Shown here one piece after another: positions 54,922 to 58,827 of a stretch of 58,827 nucleotides of DNA (within the stretch, counting starts at the first letter, position 1; the number at the start of each line of letters is the position of its first letter). The translations under genes were made by a program, and so were the position numbers. This stretch comes from an uncultured Gammaproteobacteria bacterium. GTDB lineage: Bacteria; Pseudomonadota; Gammaproteobacteria; GCA-001735895. Under the pieces are notes generated by a model. The model ran no database searches and was not told where the DNA came from. It saw nothing but the letters and a program-made list of their open reading frames with translations. The stretch covers positions 1 to 58,827 of the forward strand of contig CALCSG010000507.1 of assembly GCA_937894085.1 (NCBI GenBank). The letters run 5' to 3'.

Positions 54922-56763
54922 TTAACTATTGTCTTTCGACATAACCGGCTCGGCTGCTGTCTGAGTTAGACGAGCGAGTTCATTTTTGGTCAGTGTTACA
55001 TCCTGAATTGCCTGATTCAGGTCATGATCAGCTGACACGAACAGGGCTTGAGCGGCTTCGATAAGATTCATCGAGATAGCGTTCGCAAAGCCTATGTCGT
55101 TAATCAATGAAGACCCCATTGTAGGGGTTATGCCGCCCTGGCCAATCAACTCGGTTACGCTGTTGTTTATAGCTTCATTCTCCCTCTGGACCTGAAGTTT
55201 AAGCCCGTCCATTGATAGAAAATCGAGCGCCTCCTCGCTGGAAGTCCGCATCTCCTCCAGATCACGAATGACCAACCCGACCTGTAGCCTGATCCTGTTG
55301 TAAAGATCCACGATGTTCTGGTTCTCGGCGTCCTTATAGTGGATAAGGTTCTCCTGTATATTACGCGTATCCTTAACCGCTTCCACCATGCGGGTACAGG
55401 CGTTACGGAGCCACCTCAGACCTGACGAATGTTCTTCCTGGCGTGAAAAGCGAGTACTACTGATAAACGCCACGATGGCACTGTAAATTCCCTTTATGTG
55501 CCTGTCGTACATCGCATCGATGTCGAATTCGTGAACCTGCTTCTGCGCAGCAAGCGACTGCTCAAGATCGATGTTGGAGATGAGATCCGCCTGCTTCATG
55601 CCGAGTCCATCACCGATTATTCGCAGTGCCGCCTGATACACACGCTGAGCCTCCTGACGAACCGCCTCAAGCGCTGTTTCCGGGAACGCTGCAGATGCAT
55701 CGGAGAGGTACATTGGCTGGTCCACCTCGGGCTTCTTCTCCGGAATAAATTTGGTCAGACTGGAAACCAGTTTCCCGATAAGCGGCAGCATTACAATAAT
55801 ACCCAGCAGATTGAAAACTGTGTGGAATACGGCCAGCTTCATCGTGTAGTCGTCATTTGCGATTCCGACAGCCGCCGAAGTCATATCCACAAATGCCATA
55901 ATCTGGTAAATAAAAATAATCGCGATGAAGCCGGTGACCACGTTGAACACTAGATGTGCCGCAGCCAGCCGCTTGCCGCCCTCGTTAGCACTCATGGCCC
56001 CCAGAATCGCTGTTATCGTAGTGCCGACATTGGCACCGATAGCCAGTCCAAGTCCGTTTTCATAGGTAATCTGACCGGCTGCAAGGGCAGTAATGGTCAG
56101 CACCAGGGTGGCGTGACTTGACTGCATCACAACGGTGGCAAAAATGCCGATGCCGGTAAAGATCAACACGCCCGGATAACCGGCGACCGCGTATTCCGCC
56201 AGGTTGATAGTCTCCTTGAAGGTCTCGAAGCCCTCCTTCATGTAGTGGATACCGAGAAACAGGAAACCCAGCCCCGCCAGAATATAGCCGATACCCTTGA
56301 GCGATTTGGAGGACTGAAAAACCAGAATGATACCAAATGCCAGCATCGGCATCGCATAGGCTGCTATATTGACCTTGAGACCGAATCCGGCAATCAACCA
56401 GGCCCCGGTCGTTGTACCCAGGTTGGCGCCGAAGATGATACCGATACCGGCTGCCAGCGTGATTAGCCCTGCACTGAGAAACGAGATAGCGATTACCGAG
56501 ACCAGCGAACTGGACTGCATCACCGTCGTACTTACGATGCCGAACAGCAGACTCCTACCGGTAGACGACGTGGTTTTCCGCAACAACCGTTCCAGTCCTC
56601 CTCCGGTGAAAGCCTGGAAACCCTGTTCCAGAGAGAGCATACCGAACAGAAAAATAGCCACACCCGCGGCAATTGCTTTAAAATTGGGGCTCACCCAGAA
56701 GCCGTAAGCTAGTACCAGTAAAATGATAGGAAGAATAATTTTCTTTATCAATTTTCTATCCAC
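54922..56763 (-). CDS. Na/Pi cotransporter family protein (NptA-like) with C-terminal PhoU-like region
   Basis: Two inverted QSS repeats (VMQSSSLVSV...GANLGTT; VMQSSHAT...GANVGTT); helical C-terminal domain; GTG start. Confidence 0.88.
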   Translation of the reverse strand: MDRKLIKKIILPIILLVLAYGFWVSPNFKAIAAGVAIFLFGMLSLEQGFQAFTGGGLERLLRKTTSSTGRSLLFGIVSTTVMQSSSLVSVIAISFLSAGLITLAAGIGIIFGANLGTTTGAWLIAGFGLKVNIAAYAMPMLAFGIILVFQSSKSLKGIGYILAGLGFLFLGIHYMKEGFETFKETINLAEYAVAGYPGVLIFTGIGIFATVVMQSSHATLVLTITALAAGQITYENGLGLAIGANVGTTITAILGAMSANEGGKRLAAAHLVFNVVTGFIAIIFIYQIMAFVDMTSAAVGIANDDYTMKLAVFHTVFNLLGIIVMLPLIGKLVSSLTKFIPEKKPEVDQPMYLSDASAAFPETALEAVRQEAQRVYQAALRIIGDGLGMKQADLISNIDLEQSLAAQKQVHEFDIDAMYDRHIKGIYSAIVAFISSTRFSRQEEHSSGLRWLRNACTRMVEAVKDTRNIQENLIHYKDAENQNIVDLYNRIRLQVGLVIRDLEEMRTSSEEALDFLSMDGLKLQVQRENEAINNSVTELIGQGGITPTMGSSLINDIGFANAISMNLIEAAQALFVSADHDLNQAIQDVTLTKNELARLTQTAAEPVMSKDNS

Positions 56764-56857
56764 CCTGTTTGTATCCGGCTTTTACCGAAGGATTGTTAAT
56801 AATGTTTCGGGATTTCTATCTACTACACTTCTTTTCTGACTCTGTCTGATCGGCCTT

Positions 56858-57823
56858 CTATTTGCTGATCCAGCCACGCTCAACATAGTAACGACGTGCA
56901 CCAGCATGTAGAGGTGCGGTGAGACCATCTGAAACCATCTCTTCAGCTTTCAGACCGGAAAAAGCAGGGTGCATGCTGCGAAACTTATCCAAATCTCCGA
57001 ATACGGCCTTGACGATTTCGTACACCGTATCTGCATCCAGATTTTTGCTTGCCACCATAGTTGCCTTAACTCCGAAGGTCTGCACCGGTTTTGGATTACC
57101 TGCATACAGTCCACCGGGCACTTGGGCATAAGTATAGAAAGGATACTGTTCGACCAGGCTGTCGATTTCCTTGTCTTTTACTTCAATGATAACAGCATTA
57201 CACAGTGATTCGGCCTGCGCGACAGAGGGGTTGGGATGCCCAACCATATACACCATGGCCTGTACCCGGTTGTGACAGAGCGCCATTGACTGCTGGTTCG
57301 CCGGCAACTGATTGGCAAGGGAAAAGACGCTGTGATTCCAGCCTTTCAGCTTCATCACCTCTTCCATGGTAGCAAGCTGTCCCGAGCCAGGATTACCTAT
57401 ATTCACCCGTTTCCCACGCAGATCATCGAAACTATTGATCCCTGAGTCGCTACGCGCCACCAGAGTAAATGCTTCATCATGCAGAGAGAACAAACTGCGT
57501 AGCCCGTGATCTGGCCCCGTGGAACTAAACTTACCAGCTCCGTTCACCGCATTGTATTGAGCGTCGGACTGAGCAATTCCCAGTTCCAGTTCTCCGTCAC
57601 GAACCCGCTTTAGGTTGCTGATGGAACCGGGGGAGATCTTCGGTGCACAAATAATACCGTGAGCATCGGTGCCGGCATTGAGAAGCCGGCATATGGCGCG
57701 ACCCGACTGATAATAAATCCCGGATGAACTGCCGGTGCCTATGGTTATTTCACCTGAACCTACAGCAGGTGATAAATAGCTGCACAGCAGCAACGAAAGT
57801 GACATAAACCGTGAAATTTTCAT
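56858..57823 (-). CDS. TAXI-family TRAP solute-binding protein
   Basis: ITIGTGSSSGIYY, GSISNL, ELGIAQSD, LRGKRVNIGNPGSG, PLHAGARRYYVERG. Confidence 0.9.
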   Translation of the reverse strand: MKISRFMSLSLLLCSYLSPAVGSGEITIGTGSSSGIYYQSGRAICRLLNAGTDAHGIICAPKISPGSISNLKRVRDGELELGIAQSDAQYNAVNGAGKFSSTGPDHGLRSLFSLHDEAFTLVARSDSGINSFDDLRGKRVNIGNPGSGQLATMEEVMKLKGWNHSVFSLANQLPANQQSMALCHNRVQAMVYMVGHPNPSVAQAESLCNAVIIEVKDKEIDSLVEQYPFYTYAQVPGGLYAGNPKPVQTFGVKATMVASKNLDADTVYEIVKAVFGDLDKFRSMHPAFSGLKAEEMVSDGLTAPLHAGARRYYVERGWISK

Positions 57824-58610
57824 GACATCCCCTTTAATTGTTTAAACAAGTGTAGGAACAATATAAGTTATAGCTCCAAATTTGTAATGCCAGTTAACCA
57901 GATCAGATAGCTGTCCTGTGCTATATGCAAACCAGACAGGCGCTTCATGGTGTCAGACATCAAACCACGGTTTATAACCTGGTACAGGGAATAATGCTCC
58001 CTTGATAAAGGAATACGCTTAAAGTTCTATTCAACTCATTTCTGAGCGCTAAGCCGTCCGAAATGATTCCATGGTTCAACCGTTTAGACCTGCGTGTAAG
58101 AGCACTGTTTAATTACTGGTTCCACGTGACCAATACGCCTTGATAAAAATTTAAGTCCGGCTTCCTGCTGGACATAAATATAATGCTAACCCGTTGTTTT
58201 CATAATTTCCAGCACCAGCAGGTTCTCTTTAGTTTACTTTTTTTGAATGTAATGGTCGGTTGAGGCAGAAAAATATCTACTATAGAAGGGAACTGTGACT
58301 CTGTTAAATTACATTTAATATTGAGCCAAGTCAGGCGGTTATAGGTATTTTTTTACCTACCTTTTTAAATTAGAGCAACTGTGCAGTTAGCGTTTTGATG
58401 AAATATTATGGTTAAACCTTTGGCGTAAAAGCTGTGGGGACTGTGGAGTCAGGTATGTTTCCTGCTTTAAGGGTCCTGACATTAACTGATGATAACTCAG
58501 TTAATGCTTAAAGCGATTAACAGAACTTGATTCATTAATTCTACCCCTTTAATTCATAATAGAGATGGTTTCATTAATTATCTAAGCAATAGATACCTGA
58601 TTCGACATTT

Positions 58611-58775
58611 ATGATTATTCTATGTTTACCTTTTTCAGCAACGGCTCAACATCATGAAAGCCCTAAAGATGGAATACTTTATATAACAGGATTGGACACT
58701 TTTGATGAAGGTAAAAAAGTTACTGATGTACCTGAAAAAAGTACTCAATACCTTCTTACAAAATCAAAAAGATAG
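58611..58775 (+). CDS. Possible 54-aa ORF or decayed secreted-protein fragment
   Basis: MIILCLPFSATAQHHESPKDGILYITGLDTFDEGKKVTDVPEKSTQYLLTKSKR*; signal-peptide-like ATA-Q; no clear RBS. Confidence 0.25.
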   Translation: MIILCLPFSATAQHHESPKDGILYITGLDTFDEGKKVTDVPEKSTQYLLTKSKR

Positions 58776-58805
58776 CGTCCCAATGCCGTTAAGTTAAGCG
58801 ACTCG

Positions 58806-58827
58806 CGTCATTCTGGCGAAGGCCAGA
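58806..58827. repeat. CGTC-tagged REP-like hairpin, truncated at the window end
   Basis: CGTCATTCTGGC-GAAG-GCCAGA; shares the CGTCATTC 5' tag with the 22061 element. Confidence 0.55.

Noticed and set aside
57860-58203. Minus-strand frame from ATG 58203 with a faint periplasmic-binding-protein feel (HYIYVQQEAGLKFLSRRIG)
   Set aside because: Multiple stops and no diagnostic motif; homology cannot be supported by eye.
57900-58510. c-di-GMP, TPP or fluoride riboswitch upstream of the TAXI gene
   Set aside because: Only isolated words (GCAAACC, CTGATGA, TAATGCC) are present, without the required order and pairing.
1-58827. CRISPR array, tRNA or rRNA genes
   Set aside because: No regularly spaced repeat-spacer series and no cloverleaf or rRNA-like conserved stretches were recognised; the repeats found are isolated palindromes.

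Overview
This 58.8-kb window is mostly core chromosome, most likely from a sulfur-oxidising, probably denitrifying and mixotrophic gammaproteobacterium (inferred from gene content only). From left to right it contains: (1) the 5' end of a uroporphyrinogen-III methyltransferase (CobA/NirE type) behind two FNR/DNR boxes, a decayed partial copy of dnr, and intact dnr; (2) the cytoplasm-facing sulfite dehydrogenase soeABC; (3) the dnaQ-rnhA-yafS/mltD block; (4) a ~10-kb signalling cluster encoding a tandem cNMP-binding/rhodanese protein, a GAF-HD-GYP phosphodiesterase, a CHASE2 Ser/Thr kinase, a PP2C phosphatase, an FHA protein and a CHASE2 adenylate cyclase; (5) an FNR-box-driven 43-aa membrane protein missed by the ORF track, then avtA; (6) a Yej-like peptide ABC transporter, a TtpC/TonB2-type energiser with no adjacent receptor, and oppABCDF; (7) ccmABCDEFGHI, a YheT hydrolase, vapBC with a nonsense-truncated toxin, AlaX and a TRAP transporter; (8) a phosphoribulokinase homologue lacking two conserved catalytic acidic residues, a nonsense-inactivated IS200, and a GC-rich TAXI-receptor plus Na/Pi-cotransporter pair. 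Several small palindromic repeat types lie in the intergenic spaces. The best candidates for undescribed biology are the dual-CHASE2 kinase/cyclase cluster with its cNMP-rhodanese partner, the probable pseudo-PRK, and the TAXI + Na/Pi pairing. No rRNA, tRNA or CRISPR array was recognised. All assignments come from motif recognition by eye; no database search was run.
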